This document shows positions 1 to 15,904 of a stretch of 64,000 bases of DNA, piece by piece. The stretch lies in assembly GCF_009914755.1 (NCBI RefSeq), contig NC_060932.1; one strand, 5' to 3'. Source of the DNA: the human T2T-CHM13v2.0 reference genome, Homo sapiens. Below the pieces are notes generated by a model. It was not told where the DNA came from. It ran no database searches and saw only the letters and a list, made by a program, of their open reading frames with translations. How positions within the stretch are numbered: position 1 is the stretch's first letter; every line of letters starts with the position of its first letter. Made by a program: the position numbers and the translations under genes.

Positions 1-698
<698 letters not shown>

Positions 699-3601
699 TT
701 ATTTTGTTCCTTTATTTCAAACACATGAAAGAATTACAAGAATGGTACAAAGAACTATTGTACACCACTTATCAAGATTTCTTACCAAGCTTCACCATTT
801 GTTACGTTTTGTCCCATATGATTTATCATTCACTCAATGTCTCTTCTCCCTTTCTCTCCCTATTTCACTCCTTCTCTCCTATTCTTGTGTTTCTCCAGCA
901 TCTGACCAATAAATTGGGTTGTGAAACCTTTAATTTTTGCCAGTTCCAGAGCTGAGTAATAGATCCAGGGTAGTTATATTTTATTTTTCGTATTATAAGT
1001 GAAAGTGAATATATGTGTTAAGATCATTTTAAATATTTTCTTTGTAAATTCTTTATCTTTTTGTTCATATATAGAAATATGAGAAATTTGTTTCTCTTCC
1101 CCCGGTTTTAAATATTCCTTGTATTATTAATATTGGTTCTTTATCTGCTATGTGTGCTGCAAAGTATTTTCTTTCAATTTGTAAATTGTCTTTTAACTTT
1201 GCTTATGGTGATCTGGCCATATAAAAGTACTCTATTATTTGTTTTATTTGATTAAATTTATAGATTATTCTTTTATTATCCTTATATTTTTCAGTGTTAT
1301 TTAGAACATTTTTTTCTACACTCAAATTATACAGGTACTTATTCTTTTATAATTAATAATTTTAGGGGCAGAAACTTTGAAAATATGTACAATTCAGTTA
1401 CTAAACAAATTTTAGGTCTATCTATTTACATCAATATAAAATCATAGTTTCCTATTTTAATAAGTGGGCTGAAATATGCTACTATCATTAGTTATGTGAT
1501 GCTTATATTGTAGTACACTGGCTTTTGTGCCCTTTTGACATGTCCCCATTATTATTTGAGTGCTTTTATGCTTTCTGGTACACACACACAAATGCTGTAT
1601 GTCCCAGCCTTGGATTCAGTCACTTCTTCAAAGAGCCCTGGTTGCTTTAGGTGGAGAATGTTCTCTTCTGTCTAGATGTCATCCTCATTCCAGCAGCTCC
1701 AACTACTGACTCTGGGCCACCATGGCTGCCTTCCCTTTGTAGAATAGTCATCTGCCTTGTTCTGCCCCACTAAAGAGCTTGCAGTGAATCAGTCTGGAAG
1801 CAAAAAAAGAGACAAGGGAAGAAGAGGAAAGAAAAAAGAAAAAGAAAGTGAAAAAAGATAGTTCATTTATTTTCATACTTTACATTTTATTGCTATAATG
1901 GTTTAAACATATTAGTTTTCTTCTGAGAATTGCTTTGAATGTATATAATATGTAGTCTATTTTATCATTATTTTAAGATATTTTGTATTTTAGTTTGAAT
2001 TATCTTCATTCATGGAGATTATTTCAAGGTTTTTAAAAATAGATTTTCTTTTCTATGTACATTTTTAAGTGAAAGTAAATTATAGAGGTGTCAGTATTTT
2101 CTATTTTATTGCATTGCAGTCAGAAAGTATTGTTCATAATACCTCTATATTATCCAGCTACAGATGTTTTCTTATGGCTCAGGAAATCATTCATGGAATT
2201 TATGATCAATATTTAATATTCCATGTGCACTGGAAATAAAGGTGCATCTTCTGTTAAGTAGGTGTACAGTTTGTTTTATACTTATGCAATGTACCTTATC
2301 TTATTGATTATGTTATTTAGGTCCTCTATATCCTTATTGTTTTAAACACTCAGTCTGTCATACTGTAAATGATATTCAGGTCTTCTCTTATTACTGTCTT
2401 TCTATCTGTTTCTTCTTTCATCTTTTTTCATCTCCTTTAATTTCCTGTAGTTTCTCCTCTGTAAAGGTAGCAATGTAAAATATTATTTGGTGTGTAGATA
2501 GTCATAGTTGTTACTTCTATTAGGAATTGTGGTTTTTATGATAAAAAGTGTCTTTCTCCTACTTAATTTTTTGTTTGTTTATTTGACTTGACTTTGCCTA
2601 ACAGGGTCACAAATCCTGCTTTCTTGTTGTTTGCATTTGACTGATATATCCTTGAGCTTTCCTATTTTTTTAGATATCTTATGTCCAGAATTATAGCTTA
2701 GTATTTCTTTGTTAGCAAAACTCAAAGTTTTCTTTTAATAATTGAGTTAAACCAATTCACATTTATTGAAATGACTAATATAACCCATTTTATATTTCTT
2801 ATAACTATATAATTATAATTGTATAATTATTGTATTATATTATATTTATTTTGTCTCCTGCATTAGTTGGGTTTACTTTGTTCTTTTACATTTTAAATTA
2901 AATTTGGTATTTAGAATAGTTTGTATTTTCTTCTAGTGGTTACTTTTTTACTTATTACTTTCTAATGTTTTCAGTATCTTGTTTCTTATCTAAACATTTA
3001 CTATTAGGTTTGTTGATTTTTAATAGTAACTTCTGACTCCTGACTATTGCCTGTATAAAAATCAGTGAGCTTATCCCATGTTCCTCTTTTGCTTTTTTCC
3101 ATTATTTTAGTGCATTATTTTTACTTTATCAAAATACATAACACTCGTTCACCATTATTCCACCTTCTTCCCCACTTTAGCCATAATCTCAGTTCTACAC
3201 TTCAATAAATAAGTGCTCATCATGATATCTTTTGCTGATGATTCCCCCCCAGTCATCTCTTGGTTTTAAAGCTCTGATAGATTCTTCAAAAAGAACTGTG
3301 AGCACTGTACAACCTGGGTTCTTGAATGTTTACAATCATTTTTTTCACAGCCTTGATACCTAAATGGTAGTTTTGCTGAATGTAAAATATTTGATTCACT
3401 TTTTTTTCCATGAAAATGCTGCTATATTATTGTTTTGCTTTTTATGTTGCTTTAAAGAAATCTGATTATCTTGTCCTTTTAAATTACTGATCTTTTTGCC
3501 TATAAGTCAAAAGGATTTGCTTGGTAAGGATTTTTTAAATCATTACAGTCTTACAGATTTATTAACATACTTCTTGGGGCTGGCCATTGCTAAAGTCTAA
3601 C

Positions 3602-4015
3602 CTTGCCAGTTCTCTCTCCTTTGAGGGTATCCCATGTCAAAACACACCTCACCAAGGCCAGTGAGGGCAAGAAATTCAAAAGTTCACTACTCATTCAGGG
3701 AAACTTAAAGTAAAGGAGTCCCCTTGATGTCATTTGACATCAAGACCAAGGGAGAGAAATGGAGGTCCTGGATGGGTACACAGGCACACACACACATCCT
3801 GGGAATTTATAAATAATGCCAAAGTAGATTAATTCTAGAAGTGATGTTAGTGTGTAAGCAAACAGATACCATAGCTTAGCAGTAGTAAATAGGGTAAGAT
3901 GGTCTTTGGTTCTCTCTCCAGTAGGTGTTAACGATTTTGCCAAATGTCATTTGCTGTGACTTATTCCTTCCAACTTTATTTTTCCACAGACATTTCAAGA
4001 AAAGTGCTCAGGAAC
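3602..4015 (-). pseudogene. Decayed coding segment with PKD-domain-like motifs
   Basis: 414 nt between an AG (4017-4016) and GTTAGA (3601), read in one frame with 4 TGA stops: ...KLEGISHSK*HLAKSLTPTGERTKDHLTLFTTAKLWYLF...GIIYKFPGCVCVPVY...VRCVLTWDTLKGERTGK. YxxPG and TWD resemble PKD-repeat motifs. The flanks look like one interrupted L1M, so the splice sites may be fortuitous. Confidence 0.45.
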
Positions 4016-4049
4016 CTATTAGGTGTCTTCCATATTTAAAAAGAGTCTG

Positions 4050-4361
<312 letters not shown>

Positions 4362-5035
4362 TTATTTCCAGGAATGTTTATATTAAAAAATTCCATACTA
4401 GTTTTGCTTTATTATTGTTTTTTGTTGTCAGAGACTTCATATTATATGACTTTTTGCTATTAGCCTGCTTTCTACTTATTTAGCTACTTCCCTTCTCACC
4501 ATTTTATTTCTTATTATATCTCATTTTCCCTCTCTTGGTAATTTCCTACCTTTCTCCAATGTCCCTTATTAAGTTTTTGTTCAAGCATATTTTCCCTTGG
4601 GTTCCTAATAATTTAGTCACCACTGCTGATGAAATTGTGTCTTCTCTCTCCCGCTCCCTGTTCCTCATCCCCTCTCATTCCCTCATCTGCTTCCTCCTGC
4701 TCCTTCTTGGAATTCAATCAACTTTCATTTCATTTCTTCCTTAATATATGAACTTCTTATTCTTGTTATATATATCCACAATTGCTTGTCTGAGACTATT
4801 TAATTTAGTTTGAAATATTGTGTTAGACTCTTCTGCTTTGTGGTTGGTTTCTTGAGAGATAATTTTCATCAGGTAAAATGCCTGCTTCTCACTCTGTTTT
4901 TCTTTTGTAGTAACTGTGTAGATGAAGACTGTTTACATTTATGCAATTTGTGGACAGAATGCCAGCAGGTTGAGTTACAAGTTTCCTGTATCAAGAGCAT
5001 CTTCTTAGGTCAGTGTTGGCAAATGCACATCTTTA

Positions 5036-5084
5036 CGAGATCAGACGAGATCGGGCGGGCGTTCAGGGTGGAGTGGCCGTAGAC
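5036..5084 (-). pseudogene. 5S rRNA retropseudogene, 5' ~47 nt only, no poly(A) tail
   Basis: Reverse complement GTCTACGGCCACTCCACCCTGAACGCCCGCCCGATCTCGTCTGATCTCG matches the 5' end of mammalian 5S rRNA. Perfect 12 bp TSD TGCACATCTTTA at 5024-5035 and 5085-5096. Confidence 0.93.
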
Positions 5085-5959
5085 TGCACATCTTTAATTA
5101 TTGCCCTTGTTTAGTTTGTTTATTTGGTTAGTGTGAGAAGAGACTAAATGCCCTGGATTTTATTTTTTTTTTTCTAGCAGGATCACAATATTTTCCCTTT
5201 TGCTTCTTTTCCATTTCTCCTTCCATTCTCCAAAGGATGCCTCTCCCTTTATTGTACTCTTATTCTTTGAAAGCATTGCCTCTCAATTCAGTCACCACGC
5301 ATCCCACACACTATTATATCCCTTTTCTGCAGCCAGTGCACTGATTTACCAGACATACTTTCCAGTATTTTCACACTTACAGTGGACGTTTCCTCTCTGG
5401 GGGTGATTTTAAGTCAGTCGTAGGCCCTTTCTTCTCTCATTCCATCTTCCTCAGTAGTGTTTCCAGCATCCACCCCCAGCCCCATCTTTATACAAAATTT
5501 GAGAGATGGTTCTGCTGAAAATCGGCAATTTTTTTTGTACTTACAGTGAGTTTGACGTTTGTAGTATTTTCTGAACTGTAGTTATGCTATTTGCCTGATT
5601 TTATGTTATATTGAGAAAAAGATACTACAAAGGAGTGGCCAGTGGGGATAATGTAGTGTCACAAAGCTAAGGGGAAAATTTTTTCGAGAATAAGGAAAAG
5701 ATCAATATGTCAAGTGCTGCTGGGAGGTTGATTAAGTTGAAGGCTGAAAGCTAACCATTGGTTCAGGCAGCCTTGAAAAGTCTCACTGTTGAAAAGCCAG
5801 CACAAAGGGCCTATTGACATGGGATCTACAAAGAAAACAGTGTGAGAAAGTGGATACAGTAAATGGAGCAAGTACAGAACACTCATTTAAGAAGGCTTAT
5901 TATAAAAGGTCAGATGCACATGTGGTAGTTAGAGGGCACTGTGGGGTCAAGTGTTTTTT

Positions 5960-6810
5960 TTTCACTTTTAATTTAAGCATACATACTTTTAAAAGTGCAC
6001 ATATTTTAAATATAGCTCTTGATGAATTTTCAGAAACTCAACAGCCTGAAGAACAAAGAAAAGAGCATTACTACATTCCCAGAAGCCCCCAGTGCTCCAT
6101 GCACTCAAAAATTACCCCCAAAAGGGCAACCCCTATACTACAGTCCAACACTAGAGGGTTAGGTAATCTTTTCTTTCTGGTTTCCTTTGCTGTGTATTAT
6201 TTTCTGAGAGAATTATTCATTTTGTTACGAGTAGTTATAGGTTCTTCATCCTAACTGCTATTTAATTTTCTATTGTCTCGATATATGTACTATAATTTAT
6301 TTATCCATTATAGCGTTGAAGGGAATCTGAAAAGCTCACAATTTTGGATGATTATGCATAGTGCCATTATGTGCTATTGATAATTTCTTAGTTACTAGTC
6401 ATATATTTTCTAGTACATGGATTTTGGTGACTTATGTATGAATTTCCATGGGGCTTATACCTGGGAATCAAATTGCTAGGTCATAGAAAAGACATATATT
6501 AAGAAACTATGGCCAAAGTATTCTAAATATTTTTTATTGAAGCACTTTATAAGCATTTCAGTTGCTATTTTTGCTAAAACTTAGTTGCATTTTCATTTCA
6601 TTTTATCAATTGTGAAATGTTATTTGCATTTTCCTGATGGCCAATGAGATCATATGTTTATCGGCCAACTGGACCAGATGTAGTATCTTTTAGAATGTGT
6701 CAATTGCCAGCTTTTCTCTTTGGTTAGCTCTCTTATCCTTACTGATTTTTAGGGTTTGTAAACGTTCTGGTTATAAGTGATTTACTGGATGAAGTATATT
6801 TTGAGATGTG
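5960..6810 (-). mobile_element. Old L1M 3'-end fragment (preceded by a probable L2 fragment at ~5600-5950)
   Basis: Antisense L1M 3' phrases: tttatttatccatt, tacctgggaatcaaattgctaggtcatag, tttgcattttcctgatggccaatga. Confidence 0.65.
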
Positions 6811-7178
6811 AAAAAATATTAAAGTATGTTTTATACTAATAACAGTAATTTGGTGATTCAAGATACAGAGAGAACTGCAGGAGAGAAACCCTTGAGTTAA
6901 CAGTAGTGTATGGGACCCAGGATAGTAGTAGCTGACCACTGAAGCTCTATAATATTTAAACTTTTGTTATAGCTAAATGTTTCTGATATTTACTATTATA
7001 AATGTGATGAGTATTTTAACTCGGTAAAATTTTACCCATATATTGGGTGATTTTCAGTTTCTAAATATAGGAAATATTGATTAAAAATAAAAAAATTAAG
7101 GCTTTTGGTGCAAATACATAGGTAAAGCATTTTGTGCTGTGTGCACTGGCTTTCTGTTATAAAGACATTGCTACCAAG
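6509..7178 (+). repeat. Copy A of a local duplication (partner at 11056-11812)
   Basis: 6615-7178 aligns directly to 11230-11812 with few differences. 6509-6540 and 6529-6621 are present inverted at 11056-11087 and 11141-11233. Confidence 0.97.
6837..6946 (-). pseudogene. Decayed exon with a PKD-domain-like C-terminal motif (duplicated at ~11470-11579)
   Basis: ttatag| acceptor at 6948-6947. Translation ASVVSYYYPGSHTLLLTQGFLSCSSLCILNHQITVI resembles the PKD consensus H-x-Y-x-x-P-G-x-Y-x-V-x-L-T...I-T-V. The donor (gtataa) is weak. Confidence 0.5.
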
Positions 7179-8104
7179 GCATGTTATTAATTCTTAGAAT
7201 ATTGTCGTTGTACATTTAACTTTTACTTTTTAGTCTGTTTTTCTCCTTCAAGTCTTTGACTAAATCCATTTTGCATTATTTTATCTAATTATATTGTTGT
7301 ATCTTTTAAACTTTTAACACTTTTGTTAAATGTCCTAAGTATATTTCAACCATTTGAACATTTTTTGTTTAATTTTTTACATTTTACTTTTTGGGTTTAT
7401 TTTTAGCAAGTTCTAGTTTGTCTGAATTTTTACATTTCTCTGTTTTCTTGTTTATTTTAATTATGGTCTTTATATTGTATTTTTATTTTTGCTAAATATA
7501 CTTTTAGTTTTTCTTGACTAGCAGAAAATATGTTAGGAGTAACTATTTAAATAACTCATACCCTAGTTCTAATAGTTTTAATCCTTTATTTGGCCTTCAT
7601 GGATCTTTGGCCCTTTCTATGTCTTTTTGTAGCAAAATAGATAATGCAAAAATCCATGGTCTTTGCCTGTGTAATTATGAATCAAAATACAGGTCATGCA
7701 ATAGTTGGCAGTTTAACAAAAGAGAGAGGTTGGCTGATAATTCTATTGATGAAAGGTACCTCTCTCCTGGATAAATTTAATCAAACAGTAAGTGTTTGAA
7801 AGATACTTGGGATTCCTTTGATATTCCTATATGCTAAGGCAACATTGACTAGGGCAGGGGTTATATAATTTTGGAATAAAGACAGTTTACTCTTCTGGAG
7901 ATTACCTGATAAACAAAAAACAACCCTTATAAAAGCAACATGATCTTGTCTGTTATTTTAGAGCAAAAATAATACTGGCCTCATCTCTTACTTTAACCCT
8001 CAGTTGTACTAAAACAAGGGTGGACTCCTTAACAGTGTTGCTCATGACTTTAGAAGAACTTTTTGATTTTTTTAAACAAGGCTTGTGTATTTGCAGCCCA
8101 CTCT

Positions 8105-8403
8105 AGTGGGCCCATGCATGTAATCCCAACACTTTGGGAGGCTGAGATGGGAGGATCATTTGAGCTCAGGAGTTTGAGACCAGCCTGGGCAACATGGTGA
8201 AATCCCATCTCTACAAAAAATTCAAACAAAAAGTAGCTAGGGGTTGTGATGTGCACCTGTAGTCCCGGCTACTCAAGGGGCTGAGGTGGGAGAATCTCTT
8301 GAGCCCAGAAGGTTGAGGTCGAGACTGCAGTGAGCCGAGATCACGGCCCTGCACTCTAGCGTGGGCGACAGAATGAGACCCTGTCTCAAATAAATAAATA
8401 AAT
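8105..8403 (+). mobile_element. AluJ-like element
   Basis: Dimer with J-type text gggaggatcatttgagctcaggagtttgagaccagcctgggcaacat and tcttgagcccagaaggttgagg. (TAAA)n tail; 5' end decayed. Confidence 0.9.
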
Positions 8404-9032
8404 ATTTTTTTTTAAAAAGGGCTCCTTTCAATGTTAGCCAAGGAATATGGAGATAGGTCCTAGTGACCTAACATAGATTATCACTTTTTTCTCAGTTTTA
8501 GTCCAAGATTTCCAGCTTCCTTCCTCATTACAGAATATTTTTTTTCACCCTGCCTCACAATATAATTACCCTTCCAAATCCACCCTTTCTGAAGAATTAC
8601 AGATGCTTAGTTTTCTACATTGCTCATTATCAGTCACCCAAAGGTGGGAGCTGCATATGATTATTCTTCTCAGCTGATTTACTTCTCTGTTTGCAAGCAT
8701 CTCCTCATAAAATCTAGTCTAGGAGCTGGAGGACTTTTCCACCAGAAAAAAAAAAAAAAAAAAGTTAAACACGAGATGTAACCTGCATTAGGCCTGCTGT
8801 ATCCAGTAAGCAGTGATGTCTGTCAAGCCATGGCTGTATACCTTCACTTTCCACATCTCCGTGAGGCAAATAATAGGTTATTTCTATACTGAAAAGACTG
8901 CCAGACTATACTTTCCAGTGGCTAACGTAATTACAAACAATTTAGATCTTTTAACTCCCCTCTTTGTCTCTAATATTTTATCCTTCTAAGATGCCTAGAT
9001 TATAAAAAAAAAAAAAACTAAACGCCCCCCCC

Positions 9033-10905
<1,873 letters not shown>

Positions 10906-11055
10906 CTAAACCCACTTTCTTTAAGGCTTTTGGCTCTTTCCTCTCTGGTTATAATGGAAACAATATAAGAGACCTGGCCATGACAAGCCTAATTAATGGG
11001 AGGCAGTGGTGAGAAGTGGAAGTTCATCACGTCCTCTTTATTTCCACTCACAGGC

Positions 11056-11812
11056 TCAGTAAAAAATATTTAGAATACTTTGGCCATCCTAACTGCTATT
11101 TAATTCTGACAATGGTCAGAATCTAAATGGGAAACCTATGAACATTTCACAATTGATAAAATGAAATGAAAATGCAACTAAGTTTTAGCAAAAATAGCAA
11201 CTGAAATGCTTATAAAGTGCTTCAATAAAAAATGTTGTTATTTGCATTTTCCTGATGGCCAATGAGATCATATGTTTATCGGCCAATTGGACCAGATGTA
11301 GTATCTTTTAGAATGTGTCAATTGCCAGCTTTTCTTTTTGCTTAGCTCTCTTATCCTTACTGATTTTTAGGGTTTGTAAACATTCTGGTTATAAGTGATT
11401 TACTGGATGAAGTACATTTTGAGATGTGAAAAAATATTAAAGTATGTTTTATACTAATAGGTTTTATACTAATAACAGTAATTTGGTGATTCAAGATACA
11501 GAGAGAACTGCAGGAGAGAAACCCTTGAGTTAACAATAGTGTATGGGACCCAGGATAGTAGTAGCTGACCACTGAAGCTCCATAATATTTAAACTTTTGT
11601 TATAGCTAAATGTTTCTGATATTTACTATTATAAATGTGATGAGTATTTTAACTCGGTAAAATTTTACCCATATATTGGGTGATTTTCAGTTTCTAAATA
11701 TAGGAAATATTGATTAAAAAATAAAAAAATTAAGGCTTTTGGTGCAAATACATAGGTAAAGCATTTTGTGCTGTGTGCACTGGCTTTCTGTTATAAAGAC
11801 ATTGCTACCAAG
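11056..11812 (+). repeat. Copy B of the local duplication, with a scrambled/inverted left junction
   Basis: Patchwork: rc(6509-6540), direct(6247-6267), ~35 nt filler, rc(6529-6621), direct(6615-7178) carrying an extra 15 nt tandem duplication at ~11447-11474. Confidence 0.97.
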
Positions 11813-12229
11813 TAAATTAAATATATTATGTTAGATCAATAGGATGAATTACTATACCCCTACTGACTTACGTTTTTGAAGTAATTTTGGTAAAGACAAT
11901 GACAATAATGTGAAGCTAAGAAAAAATATGTGTGCTATATTTTTTGTATGTGCACTAATATGCAAACACATTCATACAAACATACATACCTACATAATAA
12001 AGCCAAATATATATATCATCATGTTAACACTGCTTGTTTCTGTGGAGATAAATGTTATCTTTTTTTCTTATTGTTTTCTAAGTTCTCTAAAATAAATTTA
12101 ATTCTGTGTTACAATTTCAGGAAAGGAAGCATCAGGATTGAATGATAGCCTGAGGGAAAAAGGAACAGACAATGATATGTCCTAGGGTTGGGCCTTCCTA
12201 AGGACTGACTAAATTTCTCTTTCTGGAGA

Positions 12230-12650
12230 TGAAACATAGTTTCTACTCTCTGATATGACTGTTGGTATTTACTAAGATTAAAAAGGATAATATATTAGCA
12301 TATCCCACAAGTCACTAAACAAATGTTTTAACATCCCTAGAGATAGCACAATTAATGCAGATTGGAAGATGATTAAATAATTTATCATCCAAAGTAACAG
12401 AAAAAAATGAATACACAGAAGTATTAGTTGATGAAAGTACTTTGTAAATATGATTTGAATGTGGAACACAGGGGGAAAAAAGCTATGCAGCCTCTGATCC
12501 CAGCCAAGCATGGTACCAGGTATTTTGCATGAATCAGAGAATGTTCATTTTGCTGGTAACAGGCAAAGGTTTTCATAACTGAACCAGAATTGAGACTCTG
12601 AAAGTCAGTATGTACAGAGAGGCAACAGTGTCCTCTAGCAATTGTCTTTA
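12230..12650 (-). pseudogene. Possible decayed exon (limits uncertain)
   Basis: Non-repeat island with long protein-like frames (IYKVLSSTNTSVYSFFSVTLDDKLFNHLPICINCAISRDVKTFV). No diagnostic motif. Confidence 0.3.
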
Positions 12651-12733
12651 GACTTGGCATAGTTAAAGGACACTTAGCCTAATGACCAATTACATCCCCT
12701 AATTTTCATGACAGACAAAAAAATGAGCCTTAC

Positions 12734-12941
12734 CTTCCACTGGGGTTCCGATAGGTACAGACAAAAATGTGGAGAGAGGGGAGGGTACTGGAAGTTGGTA
12801 ATCACATGTGTTCAGTGACAATCTCGATGTAAGGGTCCAACAATTGTATTGTTCTTCACACATGAAAGGGACATTCAAGGGCCCCAAAAGTGGCATTAAT
12901 TATTTAATGTGTTAGTTCAAGAAATAACTGCATTACCCACA
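12734..12941 (-). pseudogene. Decayed exon
   Basis: Acceptor tgtttgccatcaacag| and strong donor GAAG|GTAAGG. Frame WVMQLFLELTH*IINATFGALECPFHV*RTIQLLDPYIEIVTEHM*LPTSSTLPSLHIFVCTYRNPSG. Confidence 0.5.
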
Positions 12942-13124
12942 CTGTTGATGGCAAACAATAACATTATGTGGAAAAATCATGGAACTAGAAGTCTATAAGT
13001 CACAAAATCATTCAGTCAAGGTGTACATTGAATGTGAAGGTGTTTTAAGGCATGTTAACACATTTATTATACTTATTACTTAACATATTCACAAACAGAA
13101 TATATGATAAAAATATATATCTTT

Positions 13125-15430
13125 TGAGGGAGGTGGTTCAAGATGGCTGACTAGATGCAGCTTGTATGCACCTCCTCCACAGAGAAGAACCAAAATAGCA
13201 CGTATATATTCACACTTCAAATAGATCATCTAAGCCAGAACACTGCAGTCCAATAGAGAAGCAATGGGAAGTAAATAAGAAGAGGGAAGGTAGGCAGCCT
13301 GCTTGGCTGGGATTGGCTGAGAACTGAGAAAAGTGCCCAGATGCTAGGAAAGGGCAGGTAAGAATCCCCCAGAGCTCCACATTCCCATTGCAAACTTTCA
13401 CAATCCTAGCTATTGGAAAATCCCTCAATCCATGCAGGCCTCAACACTAATACAGAGAGTTGCCCAGAGACTGCACAGAGGAACTACTCCAGAGAGGTAA
13501 TTCATGCTGAGTTCCACAGACTTCCAAACCCTGACCAGCAGCAGCCTTCTGCCATTCTGAAAGTTAAGCCCCCCAAAACTAAATCCTATCCTGGGGCTGA
13601 TGCTACTGTTGCTGCCCCAGACCAGGGAGGGGGAGAGAAGGCTGGGCACCTTCTTACACTGCAAGGACAAATGCCCCCACAGCTGCAGCCTTCAATGGTA
13701 ACAAACCACAATCTCCACAGCTAACCACCTACACAGCTCTCCTCGAGAATGGCTCCACCCTCCCCAATCTCAGGCCTGCAGCTGGTGTTATTCCAAGAGC
13801 CCAAACTATAAAAGTCTGTGTCCTGCCCTAGAGCTAGGGCTGTTGCTGCTTTTGCCACTGCTTGACCAAGGAGAAAGAGGGGAGGCTGGGCATTTTCACA
13901 TGCCGTGAGGACACATCACACCCTCACTGCTGTGGGCTGCTATGGGTCCAAAGGGCAAGGAAACCACGCATCACACAGCTACCTCCCTACATTGTCCTCA
14001 CTGAGAATAACCTCACTCCACCTGGTGGAAAACCCACAGTGTTGCTGCCACTGCCTACTGCTGAGCATTTTGCCAGTCTCCTGGGGACCACTCTGCCTCT
14101 GCCTATCTCTGCCAGCACCTGAATACACTACCAGGGTGCAAGAGGACAAGTCTGCTGGCCTGTCCCATTTCCCTAGTACTTGTGCACCCAGGGGCCTAGA
14201 AATTGCCCAGCCCAGTCCACCACCAATTGCATCTAAGTACTCCCCCCAGGGTCTGGGTTCAGGCCAACAAAACCTGCTGATAACACACAGCTGGCACTCA
14301 TCCACATGCACCGCCAACAAGAAAAGGTGAATGGCCCACTAAACTTGTTGCAGCTACCACAAACACCAATAGAACCTCTTGGGTGCCAGTAGGTTACTCC
14401 ACCACCACTACTGCCATTGTTCATATCAAATCCACTGCTAAGGGACCCAAGAACCCTCCAACATGCCTGGACCACCACGGACATTACTGACATCTGAGTA
14501 AGTCACCTGAAGCCCCACGAATCAGGTTGCTTGAACTCAATGACATTGGTGCCAGCATATGCCACACTGGAGCCCAAGGACAAGCATACTCAACCCAATG
14601 CTATTACCAGTAGGGCCTGAAGACTGGCTCACTTGGCATTATAATCCCCAATAAAACTTTACCACAGCTTCTACTAATAACTGCACCCTAAGCTACTAGA
14701 AAAATCACAGATATCACTGATGCTCTTTACAGCTAAATAAATCATATAGAGAGAAAACTACTGCATGCATCCAAAATCAAAGCAAAATGCCCTACCCAAC
14801 CAAATATATATTTATTCCAAAATATATATATATATATATATATATTCTGAAAAAGTCCTCTCCTATGAAAGAAAATTTTAAAATTTAGAAGAAACAACTG
14901 TTATGCAAGATGCATGGATATCAATGAAAAGACACAGGAAACATGAAAAAGCAAGGAAGTATGACACATCCAAAGGAATGATTATTCTTCAGCAATAGAT
15001 CCTAATCAAAATGGACTTCATAAAATCCCAGATAAAGATTTTAAAGAAGCTCAGAGAGATACAAGAGAATTGTGTAAAAAATATAGAGAAATTAGAAAAC
15101 AATTAAGAATATGAATTAGAAATTTACCAAAGACACAGACGTGTAAAAGACGACCAAACAGAAATTCTGGAACTGAATAATTCATCAAATTAATTACAAA
15201 ATACACCTGAAAGCTCCAACAATAGACTGGATCAAACATAAGAAAGGATCTCAGAATTTGAAGACAGAACTTGTCAAATAACATAGTCAGACAAAAGTTC
15301 AAGAAAAAGTCTATAAAATAATAAGCAAAGCCTTTGTAAAATTTGGGACAACATTATAATTTTCAATGTCTCTAGGAGCAAAAGGAGAACAAAAGCATCA
15401 GAAAACCTGCTTAACAAAATAATTAATAAA
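13125..15430 (+). mobile_element. Old L1 (L1PB/L1M type) 5'UTR and start of ORF1, 3'-truncated
   Basis: Starts gagggaggtggttcaagatggctgactaga, followed by a C-rich 5'UTR and then A-rich ORF1-like text (gaaattctggaactgaataattca, aatagactggatcaa). Confidence 0.8.
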
Positions 15431-15904
15431 CTCAAATAGGCATGTAACGCAATGAATATTGCTGAATGAATGGATATAATTAAGAACTTTTAGCAAGTGT
15501 GAGAAAGGCTCTGAGAGAGAAGTCTGAATCACAAGACAAGGGCCACCACTCTAGAATCTGAACTCCCACAAAGCTACCTAACCTATTCCCCAAATTCATC
15601 CAGGACCATGACCACCTGAAAGTTCTTATGAAAATGAATACACCCATAAATTGTATGTCTCAATACTCATTACTCACACAGTTAGCCAGAAACCTAAGTC
15701 CTCAGCTATTTGGTTATGTGAATCATAAACATGTAAATGTTCCTTGATACCTTGGGGTCATTGTATCCTCTCACCAAAGATCTATCTTTATTCCTAATAT
15801 CAAAAATTCTATGTTTTATTCAGTCATTACTTCCCTTGATGTAAATATACACATTCCATTCAGGCTTCTCAATTCTTTCTAATTCCATTTCTTAGGGAGA
15901 CATG

